From the NCBI GenBank assembly GCA_965206595.1, contig OZ242214.1, positions 3,424,001-3,488,000 of the forward strand: a stretch of DNA of 64,000 nt, read 5' to 3'. Each line of letters begins with the position of its first letter. The stretch's first letter is position 1. Below, piece by piece: positions 20,297 to 32,926 of this stretch. Made by a program: the position numbers and the translations under genes. Origin of the DNA: Candidatus Latescibacterota bacterium (GTDB lineage Bacteria; Latescibacterota; UBA2968; UBA8231). Below the pieces are notes generated by a model, which saw only the letters and a program-made list of their open reading frames with translations, was not told where the DNA came from and ran no database searches.

Positions 20297-20334
20297 AAAA
20301 GGGACGGAGGGGGTAATCTGCCTCCCCTCCGTCC
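20297..20334 (-). terminator. Intrinsic terminator of the FN3 gene
   Basis: 11-bp stem GGACGGAGGGG/CCCCTCCGTCC followed by CTTTT on the minus strand, 8 nt after the stop. Confidence 0.75.
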
Positions 20335-23300
20335 GGTACCAACTACTTGAGCAACAGCATCTTTTTGACCTTACCAAAGTCTCCTGCCTGCAAGCGGTAC
20401 AGGTAGATCCCCGAAGACACCGCTTGGCCGCGGTCGTTGGTCGCGTCCCACGTGAAGGCATAACGACCTGCACTCTGACGCCCGGCCACCAGGGTTCGCA
20501 CCGCCTGGCCGAGTGCATTGTAGATAACCAGGTCCACATCCGACGCCCGGGGAAGCGCATATTTGATCGTGGTCTCCGGGTTGAACGGGTTCGGGTAGTT
20601 GAACGACAAGGCGTACGTCTCGGGCAGGGTCTCCAACTCCACCGGAGCCGGCAACACCATGTCGTTGACGGCAAAGGCCCCGTCGCGAACCTGGCCCTCG
20701 GTGATCTGGATGAAGCCGGTTTCAAACTCCCTCCGAGCACGCAGGACCAGATCCACCGCCACCGGGCCTTCGGACACGGGGTCCCCGTAGGCGACGATGG
20801 CACGTTTCCCGTCCTCTACGGCCAGCACCTGCGGCGCGGCCAGAGGCCCCTCGCCGAGGCGGTTGTCCGTTGCCACGGCGCGAACCAGCTCCAGCTCCTC
20901 GGCTCGGAACTCAAGCAGGAAGCCGAACCCCTTGAGCAGACCGAAGTCGCTCAGGTGCACGGTCAGGACGAACTCCTCGCCGACCCGCGGCAACGGGACG
21001 CCCCCCTGGAAATCCAGCCGCGTTTCCGGGTTGCCACCCGAGCGCAACGGGGTCGTCTTGGCCACGGCCCCGGTCTGACGACCGAAGTTCTCGGCGAAGA
21101 CGGTGAGCCCGTCGGCGTCCACGGCCTCCTTCGAGGCCAGATCGAACGCCGGTTCCCACTGGGCATTCGCTGCCGTGCTGCCGTAGTGATCGGCGAGGTG
21201 GAAGTAGTCGTCGAACCCGACGCGCTCATCGGCGCCGAACAAGCCCTGGATGGCCTGTCCGTTGACGTCTACAACCTCGTTGCGGATGGCCATGGCCGAG
21301 CGTTCCTCCGAGGCGGTCTCGTTGTCCTCATCGAAGGCGGCCACCGTGTAGGTGAACCGCTCCCCGTTGGCGACCGTCGAATCGACGAAGGCGGTGTCGC
21401 CGGCCACGACCGTCCCGAGGAGGGCAAACCTCTCCTCGGTTTCGGCCGGCTTGCGGTAGACGCGATAGCCCAACACCCCGGGGACCCGGTCAGAGACCAC
21501 CGGACCGATCGCACCGGTGACCCGGCGGCTGACCTGCTGGTCGGACGGCGAGGCCGTCCACGACAGGACAATGCGGCCCCCGTCGTCGTCGGCCGCGTCG
21601 AGCGCCTGGAAAGACGCCACCGCCTCCGGGGCGGTGTTGTCCACGGCGCGTACCGGCTCGGCCCGGGCAACCGAGGACCGCAGGATCACATCGGGCTGTT
21701 GCGGTTGAGGTTCCACCGACATCGGTGTGGTCACCTGGGCATCTCCGCCCAGGGTCAGCTCCAGGGAGATGCAGCCGCCCGGATTGAGTGGAATGCTGTT
21801 CCACTGGCCTACCACACTGCCGCCGGCGTCGAGGACGCGGGCCCGGTAAAAACCGCCGCGGCTGACCTCATTGGAGACGGTCAGCCTCACCTGCCCACTC
21901 GCGTCGGCTTCTCCCTTCCAGAGGAAATTGGACGAGCGCAGCTCGAACAGACCCCGGTACACCTCGACGGTCAGGCCGGCGGCCTGCTCGCCCAGGACCA
22001 CGATCCGGACACAACTCTCATCCTCCATGTCCTCGTCCATGTCCTCGTCGGCGGGGACCCCGCCGCGCTGGGCAACAATGCCCCAGCCGGTGGACACCGT
22101 GTCGAGCGTCGCCACCACGGCGCGGCCCTCCATGGCGTCCGGATCTGCACTCACCCAGGCCCACTCGGTGCCCGGCGAGGCGGCCTCGGCCTGCTCGCGG
22201 AAAATGCGGTAGCCATCCAGGATCGAATGATCCACCGACAGATCCCACGTCAGCAGAAGGAATCCGCCCTCGTCGTCGGGGTGGTCGGCTGCCACCAGTT
22301 GGTCGGGCGCATCCAGAGGACGCACGACAACCGACTCGGACTGGCTCAGGGTGCGTTGGGCATCCCGGAGGGTCACAACCAGCTCCTCCGCAGGCGAATC
22401 GGAGCGCACCCAGAACCGCCCCATACCCTCACTCAAGCGCACCGACGGCGACAAACCGACCCCTTCCTGATTGGCCGAAAGGCTCAGCGAAAGGTCGTCG
22501 CCGACGCGCACGTTGCCGTAGCGGTCGAGCACCGAGACGTCGCCCCAGTACAGCTGGCTCACCGTCAGGGTGTCGGGCAGGCCGGTGACCCGGAGACGGT
22601 CACGGACCTCCGGGTTGTAGACGATCCGGGGCGCCAGGGTGGCTACCGGCTCGCCTTCAGCATCCACAAGGGCCACCGACAGGGTGTCGATGCCCACCGT
22701 GTCCCTCAACACCACGGTGCGTTGCCCCTCCGACCAGGACTCGGCATCCAGCTGGGCCCGGCCTTCACCCTGATCGGTTACGCCTTGCCCGCTCAAGGTG
22801 ACTCCCCGACCTCCGGTTACCTGGAGGACATAGGAGACGGACTCGGTAACCGACAGGGTCAGGGTCACTTCCTGGCCGGCGTCCAGATGCGCGGCCGGGT
22901 CCAGACCCAGGCCCCCCTGCTGCGGCTGGCTGCCTCGCGGCTGCTGCGCATTGGCGCCGCGGGCTTCCCCTTTCAGGACACCCACGATCCTGTTGGGGGA
23001 CTGAACCGACACTACCACCGTGTCCGGCATCGAGCTCAGTTTACCGTCGCTGACCGTCAGGGAGAAGGAGACGACCCCCGGCGCGGTGGCCGTGAACGAG
23101 GGACCAATCGTCGCCAAATCGCTCAACGTCACCGAAGCCCCCGAAATCTGGCTCCAGGCGTATTCCAGCGAGCCCTTCTCCGGGTCCTGGCTGCCGCTGC
23201 CGTCCAGCGTCACCTCGGCTCCGGTGGTCACCGACTGGTCCGGGCCCGAATCGGCCGTCGGGGCCTCGTTGGGCATGGTCGGCTGAGGGGTACCGGTGAG

Positions 23301-24047
23301 CTCGTCGGAGGACGGGCCGTCGCCGTGCTCGTTGAAAGCGAGCACCCGCACCGTGTATTCGGTCTCGTGACTCAGGTCCGGGATGGTATGGAATATCCAC
23401 GTGAGCGGGCCGGTAGCGGTGTCTTCGCGGGCCGAGGCATACGACTCCGACCCGGATTTCCACTGCACTTTGTACCCGGTCACCGATCCCTTGTAGCCGG
23501 CTTTGGCCAGCGAGAGCCAGCGAACCTGAAGCCCGCCATCGACCGCATTCAGGCTGACATGGTTCACTATAGGCGGCGTCAAAACCGCAGGCGGTTTGGC
23601 GGCCGGGGGCTGCGTCGGCTGCGTGGGCTGCTGCGGCTGCGTGGGCTGCTGCCGAGGTGGCTGAGGCCGCGGCGTAGGCGCCCTCCGAGGAGTTCCCATA
23701 GCCTCTGAGGCCTCTCCCTTGAACTCATCCAAGGTAGCAGTCACTCGTACCATGTACTGTGTACCCGCTGTCAGGCTCGAAAGCGTGGTTCTCAGTCCGG
23801 AGGGGACCTCGCGGCTGCGGCTGGGATCCCAGGTCTGATCTCCCGACTTCCACTCGACCGTGTAGCCGGTGGCGTCAGGAACTGCGTCCCAGGATACCGT
23901 GAGGGCTCCTACGCTGGCAGCCGCCCGCACGTTGGCCACCTGACCCAGCGTCGGGCTGCCTGGTTTTTCTACTGAGGGCAGGCCGTCGAATGAAGCCACG
24001 ATAGCAATCACCTCCACCGTGTACTCGGTACCTGGCAGCAGATTCTT

Positions 24048-24437
24048 AATCGTATGACTTGTAGCGGTCGCCGGGTTCGGCGTGGCTTCGCGATTGTCCG
24101 TTGCGGCGTCATCGAACGTCTCCGATCCCGACTTCCACCGCACCTTATAGCTGTCGACCCCAGGAACCGCGGTCCACGATACCACGAGCTGCCGCGGGCC
24201 GGGAACCACCTCCACGTTCGCCACCTGGGGCGCCTGATCCATCGGCGTTCCGTAGGCCGGATCTGATGGCTCGGGGCCTTCCCCGGCCACGATAGCGATC
24301 ACCCGCACCGTGTACTCGGTGTCCGTCGTCAGAGGCCGAATCGTATGACTTGTTGCGGTCGCCGGGCTCGGCGTGGCTTCGCGATTGTCCGTTGCGGCGT
24401 CATCGAACGTCTCCGATCCCGACTTCCACTGCACCTT
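24048..24437. repeat. Near-identical 99-bp internal repeats in adjacent FN3 units (24048-24146 and 24339-24437)
   Basis: 3 mismatches in 99 bp by manual alignment. Confidence 0.85.
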
Positions 24438-27400
24438 GTAGCCGGTGGCCCCGGTGACCGTGACCGGGTCCCATGATACCGCCAACTGCTGCGGGCCGGG
24501 AGTCACCACCACGTTCGCTACCTGGCCCACAGCGAGTTCCTTCGGAGTGCCTTCTGCTTCCACTGAGGGCGTTCCGTCGCCGCTCGCGTTGTAGGCGATC
24601 ACTCGCACCGTGTACTCGGTGGCCGCCGTCAGGTCCTCAATCGTATACCTCGTCCCCGTAATCTCCGAGACTTCGCGGTCGTCGGTTGCAGCATTATCGA
24701 ACGTCTCCTCCGACCCCAACTTCCACTGCACCTTGTATTCGTCCGCCCCGTCTACCTCGGGCCACGACAGCAGGAGCTTCTTCACGCCTTCCATCACCGT
24801 CACCGGCCCCGCCTGACCTGGCCTGGTCAGACCTGTGAGGGGGGGGTCGGAAGGCATGCCGTCGTCCTCTTCCGCGTTGTTGAGGTTGCTATGGTCCAAG
24901 GTGGCGATCACCTGCACGTCGTACTCGGTGGCCGGGTCCAGCCCCATAATCGTATATGGAGGTTCGGCCGGCCTGGCTTCGCGGTCAGTACCGAACGTCG
25001 GCTCCGACTCCTTCTTCCACTGCACCTTGTATCCCAAGGCCCCGTCGACCAGGTCCCAGGTAACCGTGAGCTGGCCCGGGGCTTCGGCCGTAACCGACCT
25101 CAAGGTCGGCATGCCCGGCAAGGGTGTGCCGCTATCCTCAGCGGGCGGTCCCTCGCCGCCGTCGTTTGAACCCGCAACCTGAACCGAGTACTGCGTGCCG
25201 GCCGTCAAACCCGGAATCGGATACTCCAGCTCAGAAATCCCCGTGGCTTCGCGTCGGTCCCTTGCCGCCGTATCGAACGTCTCCTCCGTCCCCGACTTCC
25301 ACCGCACGATATAGTCCTTGGCCCCGGCTGCCTCTTTCCACGTCACCACGAGCTCCCCGGCGCCGGGCTTCACCATCAAGTCCGCTACCGCGCCCGGCTG
25401 GGGCGTGGTTGACTTTGTATCTGAGGGCTCGCCCTCAACCCCATTGATTTCGGCGAAAACCTGCACAGAGTACTCGGCGCCCGAATCCATCATCATGCCC
25501 GCGCTGGCACTCAGAAAATCCTCTTGAAATACAACGGTTATTCTTCCAGAGGGCTCGGTAGTTGTATACTCGCCGGTAGAACCCTGAAGATCTCCAGGGT
25601 TAGTACCATCTACAGCTGCTATACAGCGCTTGTCACTGTACTCCTGCGACCCCGACTTCCACTGCACCAAGTACTTTACTGTGGCACTGCTGGCCCCCTG
25701 CTCGGCAAGCCTCGGCCATTTTACCGTGAGCGTCGCCTCGCCGGGCTCCACATCCACCCCCGTCACCTGGGCGGGTACCGGCGTGCCGGAACCCCCCCTA
25801 GCGTCAGCATGCGAGGCTTTTCCGGTGCCCGCCGGCCGAGCAGAAAAACCTTCCGCAGCATCCATAACAGCAGGGAAATCACTCGCCTCGCCTACGGCGT
25901 ACACCCGAACCATGTGCTCGGTGCCAGGAACCAGGTTTTCAATCGTATACGTTCTCGAACTGCTGCTCACCCGGCGAGTGTTACCCGTCGTCTCGGGGTC
26001 ATCGGCCGACTGAGGGTCGTAAGCATCATTTCCTGATTTCCACTGCACATGGTAGTGTGTGGCATCCGAGACAGCGTTCCACGATACCTCGAGCTCCTCC
26101 ACACCGGGCGTCACCTCCACCATCGCCACCCGGGTGGCTTCCCGGGTCGGCGCAGTGATTTCCAATGGTGGATCTGAGGGGAGTCCATTGCCCCCGGCGT
26201 TGGTGGCGTACACCCGTACATGGACGTCACTACTCAGAGAGGGAAACGTGTAAGAGGTAGGAGACGAAGGCACATTGTCCTTTTCACTCCGGTCCCACAC
26301 CGACTGCAATTGCGGCTTCCACTCCACTATGTATTCATCCACCACCTCATCCTCATTCGTGGGCGCATTCCACGTTATTGTGACCTCCCCCTCACCGGGG
26401 CCAACGGTTACATCGCCCGGAGAAGAAGGAAATACAACTTGGGATGGCTTCGTCGTGCCGGTGGCTGGGTCTGAGGGAGTGCCATCGTCGGCGGCGGTAT
26501 TGTCGCTGGTGGGATCGTTCGTGGCGATCACCCTCACCATGTACTCGGTGCCCGCCGTCAGAGCACCATCCCCACTCGGGATCCCATCCCCAATCGTAAG
26601 GCTCGTTTCGGACGTTGTTTCTTGGCGGTCCGCTGCGAAGTTATCGGTCCCCGACTTCCACTGCACCTTGTAGCCAGTGGGAGCCCGGTCCGGCGCGGTC
26701 CACGATATCTGGAGCCTGCCCCCATCCGGCGGATTCGTCACCGTTGGCTCCCCCACCTGAGCCGGCTTAGGCGTTCCCATGGCCTCAACAGTACCAAGGT
26801 CTACAACGTTTGGAACGTCCGCCTCCGTGTCCTCCATGGGCGTTCTGTCGCGGTTCGCGTTCTCGGCGACCACCCGCACCGTGTACTGGGTGCCCGGGTC
26901 CAGAGGCTCAATCGTATAACAGGCTTCCTCCACTACAGCTTGGCGAGTCGAGCCGTAGTCCTGATTACCCGACTTCCATTGCACCACGTATTTCGCCGCC
27001 CCCACGACCTCTTCCGCGTCCTCATCATCGAGCAGGTCCGGGTCCCACACTACATCCAGCTTATTCGCCCCGGCGGTCACCGCCTCGTCAATTTCGGACA
27101 ATGGGATGTGTGCCGGCGCCGGCATGCCTGATACTTCATCGGCTTCGCCGTCGCCGCCGATTTCGTCCGTGTCCTTCTCGCTCGTGGCGACCACCCGCAC
27201 CGTGTACTCCTTGCGCGCATCCAGACCATCAAGGGTGGATGACGCAAAATTTGCTTTCTCGATCGTATAACTAGTCAGTGGTGGGTCACCTGTCACCAGG
27301 AATTCGCGGTGGGGGTCGTTCGCTTCCTCCGGGTCGTTCTTGAGGTAGTCCGGCTCGTCTTCCGACTTCCACTGTACCTTGTAACTCTCCGCCCCCAGGA

Positions 27401-29740
27401 CCGGGTTCCACACAACCCTAAGTTTCTCCTCCCAGGAAGCCACCTTCACGCCCATCACCTTGGCCGGCAAAAGGCGTTGGGAGACGCCCTCCGACGCAGT
27501 CCCCTTGACGTCCTTCGCGTTTTCAGCAGTCACCCGCACCCGGTAATCGGTGCCCACCTTCAACCCCGTCCGAATCGCATACTCCGTCCCAGACTGCGCC
27601 GGGGACTTACTGATTTTATTATCCGTATCTGGATCCGGGAAACTTGCTTCTTCAGCGATCCACTCCACCACGTATTTGGTGGCCCCAAGTGCCTCCTTCC
27701 AACTTACCACGAACTGCTCCACGCTGGGCACCACCTTCACTTCCATCACCTGGGCCGGAGTCGGCGTGCCTGTTGCGGTCGTTGAGGCCTCGCCGTCGCC
27801 GCCTTGGTTGGTGGCGATCACCCGCACCGTGTACTCGGCACCCGTCAGGTCGGGTATTTCATGGGTAAAGGAGGAGCTGCCGTCGTCATCCACCTCTGCT
27901 TCGCGTTCGTCGGTTGCCGCATTCTCGAAGCTCTTCGACCCCGACTTCCACTGGACCTTGTAGCCGGTGGCCCCCTCTACCTCGTTCCACGAGACGGTGA
28001 GCATCCCTCCTTCGCCGGCAGTCACGGGGGTGGCCCCGAGCGTCACCTGATCCGGCCTGGTCGTGCTCCTGACCGCCTCTGAGGGTTCGCCGTCGTCGCC
28101 GGCCAGCACCGCCACCCTGTACCCGGTGCCCCACTCCAGAACATCATCATCCGTAGCATCATCATCCGTCTTGGCGCGAATCCTATAACTCCTCCCAGCA
28201 ATACCCGAGGCTTCACCTATTTGGTCAGTCTCAGCTGCTTCGGCGTATGTCGCGGTGGTTCCCGTCCACCACTGCACCGTATAGCTCGTGGCCCCCAGGA
28301 CCGGGTCCCAGTTCACCCCAAGCTCGAGGCCGGAGCCGGAAGTCACCGTCACGCCCGTCACCTGGCCGACCTTCGGGGGTTGAGGGATTACAGGTCGCTC
28401 TGTTGAGGCCTGCCCAGGGCCCCCATCGCTTGAGGCGTACACCCGCACCCAGTACTGGGTGCCTACATCCTCAATCGGAATCCTCAAAGGATAGGTTGCC
28501 GTGTACAGTTCCGTCTCAATTCTCTGCTGGGTCGGCGGAATATCCGAGAACTGTTCCGAGTCCTTCCTCCACTCCACCGTGTACTCGTTGGCTCCCGGGA
28601 CCTCCGCCCACCATACCCGGAGCTCCTTCGGGCCGTCCGTCACGTTGATGGCGGGGAGGTTCACCTGGCCCGGAATTGGTGTTTCGGAGACCCCATCGTC
28701 CTCTTCATGCGAGGGCGTGCCGTCGCCCCCGTCGCCGGGGTCAGCGGCTTGGCCGCCATCGTTCGAGGCGATCACCCGCACCGTGTACTCCTTGTCCGCC
28801 GACAAAGAAGCCTGACCATCCCCAATCGTTAGACTCGTTCCAGACCTTGTTTCTTCTTCGCGGTCCTCTGCTGGGTTTGGCGGCTCAGACGCAGCCTCGA
28901 ACTCCTCCGACTCCGACCTCCACTGCACCTTGTACTTCGTTGCCCCGGGGACCCCCGTCCACCGTACCGTGAGCTGATTCGCCTCCTCATTGTTCACCGA
29001 CACGCTCGCCGGATTCACTTGGCCCGGTGCCGGCAGGTTGGCCGTATCCTCGTCCGAGAAATCTCCGTTGCCGTGGTCGTTTATTGCCCTCACCTGCACC
29101 GTGTACTGGCTGGCCGCCGATAGCTCGTCAATGTCCAAACTGGTTTCAGGTGCGTCCTCCTCCTGTCGGCGTTCCTGGTCGTACCGCTGCGTCCCTGTCT
29201 TCCACTCCACTTGGTATTTCGTGGCACCGTCTACCGGATCCCACGATACCTCAAGAGTATTCGGCTTCGACTTCACCGTCACATTCATCACTCGAGCCGG
29301 TGCCGGCGTGGCCATTTCCTCCCCCGAGGGCATTCCGAGCTGGGCTCCGCCAGGATAGCCACCATTTCTGGCGGTCACCCGCACGGTGTACTCGGTGTCG
29401 CCGCTCAGGCCATCCTCATCTGAAGCATCTGAACCAATTTCATACTCATATCGGGCAGGCTCAGGATCGGCCGTTAGCTCCAGGCGGTAACGCGAACTGG
29501 CAGAGGCAGACTCCTCCTTGTACTTCTGCACCCCCGACTTCCACTCCACTACGTAGTGCGTGGCCCCAGCTACCTTGTCCCACTCTACGGTGAGCTTCGC
29601 CGAGCCGGAAGTCAGCACCACATTCTCCACCTTGCCCGGATACGGCCGGAGGGGGGCCGCCTGCCCGTAGGGGGTGACGTAGTAGTCGCCGTTCTGGTCC
29701 TTGGCGAAAACCTGCACCTCGTACTCCTTGTCTCCCCCTA

Positions 29741-30907
29741 GTGTCATGTCGTGTAATTAACTGTACAAACAATTGAAAGTGCCGTAGGTTTCCCTTATCC
29801 CCCTTCTGAAAGGAGAGACCTATGGTGACGGGGCGTCCATTAACGCCGTTAGAGCTGAGTCCGTCGGACCGGGAACGACTGGAATCGATGGCCAAATCAC
29901 GAAGTCTTCCCCACGGATTGGTGCGGCGAGCCGAGATGGTGCTGCTGGCCGCCGATGGCTGGCCCAATGAAGCGGTCGCTTCCGCGGTGGGTGTGACGCG
30001 AGCTACGGTGGGCAAATGGCGCCGGCGTTTTCTCGACAACGGACTCAATGGCTTGTATGATGAACTACGTTCAGGGGCGCCGCGATCGATCACGGACGAG
30101 CAGGTAGCCGAGGTGGTATACAAGACCCTGAAGACCAAGCCCAAAGACGAAACACAGTGGTCGGTGCGCTCCATGGGCGAAGAAACCGGCCTGACCAAGG
30201 ACGCGGTTCATCGCATTTGGCGCACGTATGGTTTGCAGCCCCATCGACACAAGCGCTTCAAGCTTTCCACCGATCCTTTCTTTGTCGACAAAGTACGGGA
30301 TATCGTCGGCTTGTACCTGAATCCCCCCGAGCACGCCTTGGTGCTGTGCGTGGACGAGAAGAGCCAGATCCAGGCGTTGGAACGAAGTCAGCCCATGCTG
30401 CCCCTGGGACTGGGATACGTGGAAGGGATTACGCACGACTACAAGCGGCACGGCACCACCACCCTGTTTGCCGCCCTGGACATCGCCACCGGGGAAGTGA
30501 TGACCCAGTGCAAGCCCCGTCATCGTCACCAGGAGTTCCTCCAGTTCCTGCGCCACATCGAGGCCAACGTGCCCGCTGACCTCGATATTCATCTCGTCGT
30601 CGACAACTACGCCACGCATAAGCATGCCAAGGTCAAGCGATGGCTGGCACGGCGTCCCCGATTTCACCTTCACTACACTCCCACGTATGCTTCGTGGCTC
30701 AATCAGGTGGAGATCTGGTTCAATATCCTCACCCGCCAGGCGGTTCGGCGCGATTCGTTCCGCAAGGTGTCGGAGCTCATCGAGCGAATCGAACGCTACA
30801 CGGCCAAATGGAACGCCAACGCACACCCTTTCGTCTGGACGGCTACGGCGGATTCCATCCTCGCCAAAATCAAGAGACTTTGTGAACGAATCTCTGCGAC
30901 AGGACAC
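29741..30907 (+). mobile_element. IS630-family insertion sequence, copy C (1167 bp, apparently intact)
   Basis: TA|GTGTCATGTCG...CGACAGGACAC|TA; inserted in a CTAG target. Confidence 0.95.
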
Positions 30908-30910
30908 TAG
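29822..30910 (+). CDS. IS630 transposase (DD35E intact)
   Basis: 'VDEKS','VDNYATH','NQVEIWF'; the TAG stop is formed by the duplicated target. Confidence 0.93.
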   Translation: MVTGRPLTPLELSPSDRERLESMAKSRSLPHGLVRRAEMVLLAADGWPNEAVASAVGVTRATVGKWRRRFLDNGLNGLYDELRSGAPRSITDEQVAEVVYKTLKTKPKDETQWSVRSMGEETGLTKDAVHRIWRTYGLQPHRHKRFKLSTDPFFVDKVRDIVGLYLNPPEHALVLCVDEKSQIQALERSQPMLPLGLGYVEGITHDYKRHGTTTLFAALDIATGEVMTQCKPRHRHQEFLQFLRHIEANVPADLDIHLVVDNYATHKHAKVKRWLARRPRFHLHYTPTYASWLNQVEIWFNILTRQAVRRDSFRKVSELIERIERYTAKWNANAHPFVWTATADSILAKIKRLCERISATGH

Positions 30911-32484
30911 GTCCCCAATCTCATATGTGGTTTCGGTTAGGTCCGTGATGTCGTGGGATTCCCACTCCTTAGGGTCCCCCGAATCGACTTTCTCCCTCCA
31001 CTCCACTTGGTATCCCACGGCCTCCCAACTTTCCGGAAGAGAATCCCACGATACCGTGAGCTTCGCCGAGCCGGGCGTTACCATAACGTTGGCAGGGCCG
31101 GTCTTCGTGCTAGGCTCCGCTCGGACACCGCCGGCGAACAACGACACGGCCAGTCCGGCGAGCATTCCTACGCGCAGCCATTTCATGGATTCTTGGTGGC
31201 AATTATTCATCGAGGCTTCTTCTCCCTTGGGAAACCGCGTTTCAGGCAGTTTTCGGATGGATCTGGCAGTTTCGATATGATCGGATATCGCTAGTAATCC
31301 GGGCCCCTGGAGGCGTCCATTTCCGACCCGGGGGACTTGGAAGGAACCGGGCCGCATGTGGCCAAATAGGCCATTTCCCGGGGGTCAATTCCGGGGGTGG
31401 GCAGGTCCCATAACTGGCGGGCGTCGGCCTCGGGCACCCTGGCGTCGATGAAGCTGCCGAAGGCGCGGTGCTCGGGTCGCCAGGTCGGCGCGGGCCAGTT
31501 CGGAGAGGTCGACCCGGATCTCGGGCCCGACCCTGGCCTGCCGTTCGACCTCCAGGCGGCGAGGCAACCCGGGGGGGGGCGGCGGCGTGGAAGTGGGCGC
31601 CAGCCGTCGCGGGTGTCGACGGCCTCAGTAACGCCGCAAACGGCCAGCAGGGTCCGCCCAGGCGGCGGTGCGCTGGGAAACCAGGGGATCGGACGGATGG
31701 GCGCAGAGGCGTTGCGGTACGCCGTGGACCCCGGAAGGGTCGCGGAGATACCACAGAATGGTCAGGCTGGGGGCCTTCCGGGCTTAACGCAGGAACCGGG
31801 TTTTGGCCGCTTTATCGTCGCCCTCGAAAGGTTGGGCCCTACCCACCAGTGGCCGCCCTGGCCGAGGACTTCGCTGCTGAGGTGGGGGCCTTCAGGCGCG
31901 AGGCCAGTTCGCCTGATATGGTTGCCCCCGGGCGGCGGTCGCCCTCTTCAGGGGGTTCGCCCCGGGTCCGATTCCCAGGTCAGGAGAACCAATACCAGCC
32001 GGCCGGCACGGTGGGCCGGGGCCCTGTCGGTCGAGGCCGGGTTGGGGCACGTCGACCTGGTCGCATGCCAGGGTTGGCCAGGCGCCTACCACGTCCCATT
32101 CGGCGGACACCAGAACGAGGCGGCCGTCGACCACCTCTCAGGATGTGGAGGGACTCTCCGTTTCTCACCAGGTCGCGGCCGATGCGGGCGAGCACCGCCG
32201 GGGGTGGATATCGGCGACGGCGGGGGCGAATCCCGGGGCGGGATCAATCGAGGGCCGATCCGACGTTTACCGTATGGCCGGGGGGAGGAAACCGTCGTTT
32301 AAGGCGCCGTTCTCGTCAGCGAATCGGCCAGACTGTGTCCGGCCCCGTTCCGAAATTGAAGATCATGAGGGCGAAAATGGGAAACAACTTGCGTCGCTCA
32401 GACTGCTCTCCCTGGGTCTGCCTGTCGTTTGGGCGAAAAAAGTGCTTGACATATCCGGGAAGATTTTCGAACATTTGCGGATGA

Positions 32485-32518
32485 TAGACTCGGTTAATAG
32501 ATTGTTTAACCGATCTTA
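32485..32518. other. Candidate lox-like recombination site (or regulator operator)
   Basis: TAGACTCGGTTAA-TAGATTGT-TTAACCGATCTTA: 13-bp arms (10/13 inverted match, inner 8 perfect) around an asymmetric 8-bp spacer, in an AT-rich island. Confidence 0.4.
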
Positions 32519-32926
32519 TAAGAATCATTTTATAACATTTGATAACAATTATGGTCGCGTTGAATTATAAGATCGCGCACTCCCGCCCGGGGGGGCGCTA
32601 CTTCGCCACAAGTTGGATTTCGAGGCGCTGGATACCGATGACAACAAGGTCGACTGGCACCTCTGCGGCAACCGCTGGCGGCGATTCGAGACCGTGCCTT
32701 TTCGGCCCCAATCTTCCAGGGAACTGAACGGTTTCCTTTCGAGTTAATTAAATAGCTTGGGTCGCTTTCACTAAGCGCTGGGGTATGCCAGCCCGTACCG
32801 GTACTCGGTACGGGAAACAACCCCGGTCCAGGAAGCATGAAAATGCACCTTATTTCACCTCATTTTTCTGTCAGTTGACGGAGTACACCTCAGGTCGTCC
32901 TAGAGGACAGCTTATCGGCACATGAA

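Larger units (their letters stand above)
20343..31210 (-). pseudogene. Giant secreted fibronectin type III repeat protein (~3,232 aa, 21 FN3 units, PKD-like, EF-hand/dockerin-like, cohesin-like and FlgD-Ig domains), interrupted by IS630 copy C
   Basis: Signal peptide at 31210 (MNNCHQESMKWLRVGMLAGLAVSLFAGGVRA). Removing the IS restores ...EIGDLGGDKEY in frame. 21 'L.V.W...Y.V.WKSG' units counted by eye; C-terminal 'NYPNPFNP...KKMLLLK'. Confidence 0.9.

Noticed and set aside
23590-23680. Short tandem repeats (GGCTGCGTG-like)
   Set aside because: They encode an ordinary Pro/Gln/Thr linker within the FN3 protein
20229-23708. 1159-aa plus-strand ORF and many other long overlapping ORFs (e.g. 5399-7354, 51616-54051, 59307-61751)
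   Set aside because: Antisense or alternate-frame shadows of real genes in high-GC DNA; no recognisable motifs
23300-29700. Regularly spaced short repeats resembling a CRISPR array or DGR
   Set aside because: Spacing of about 300 bp matches FN3 coding units; no cas genes or reverse transcriptase; no adenine-specific variation
31230-32430. Protein-coding genes between the FN3 gene and the recombinase
   Set aside because: Only short coding-like patches with frameshifts; likely decayed genes that I cannot identify
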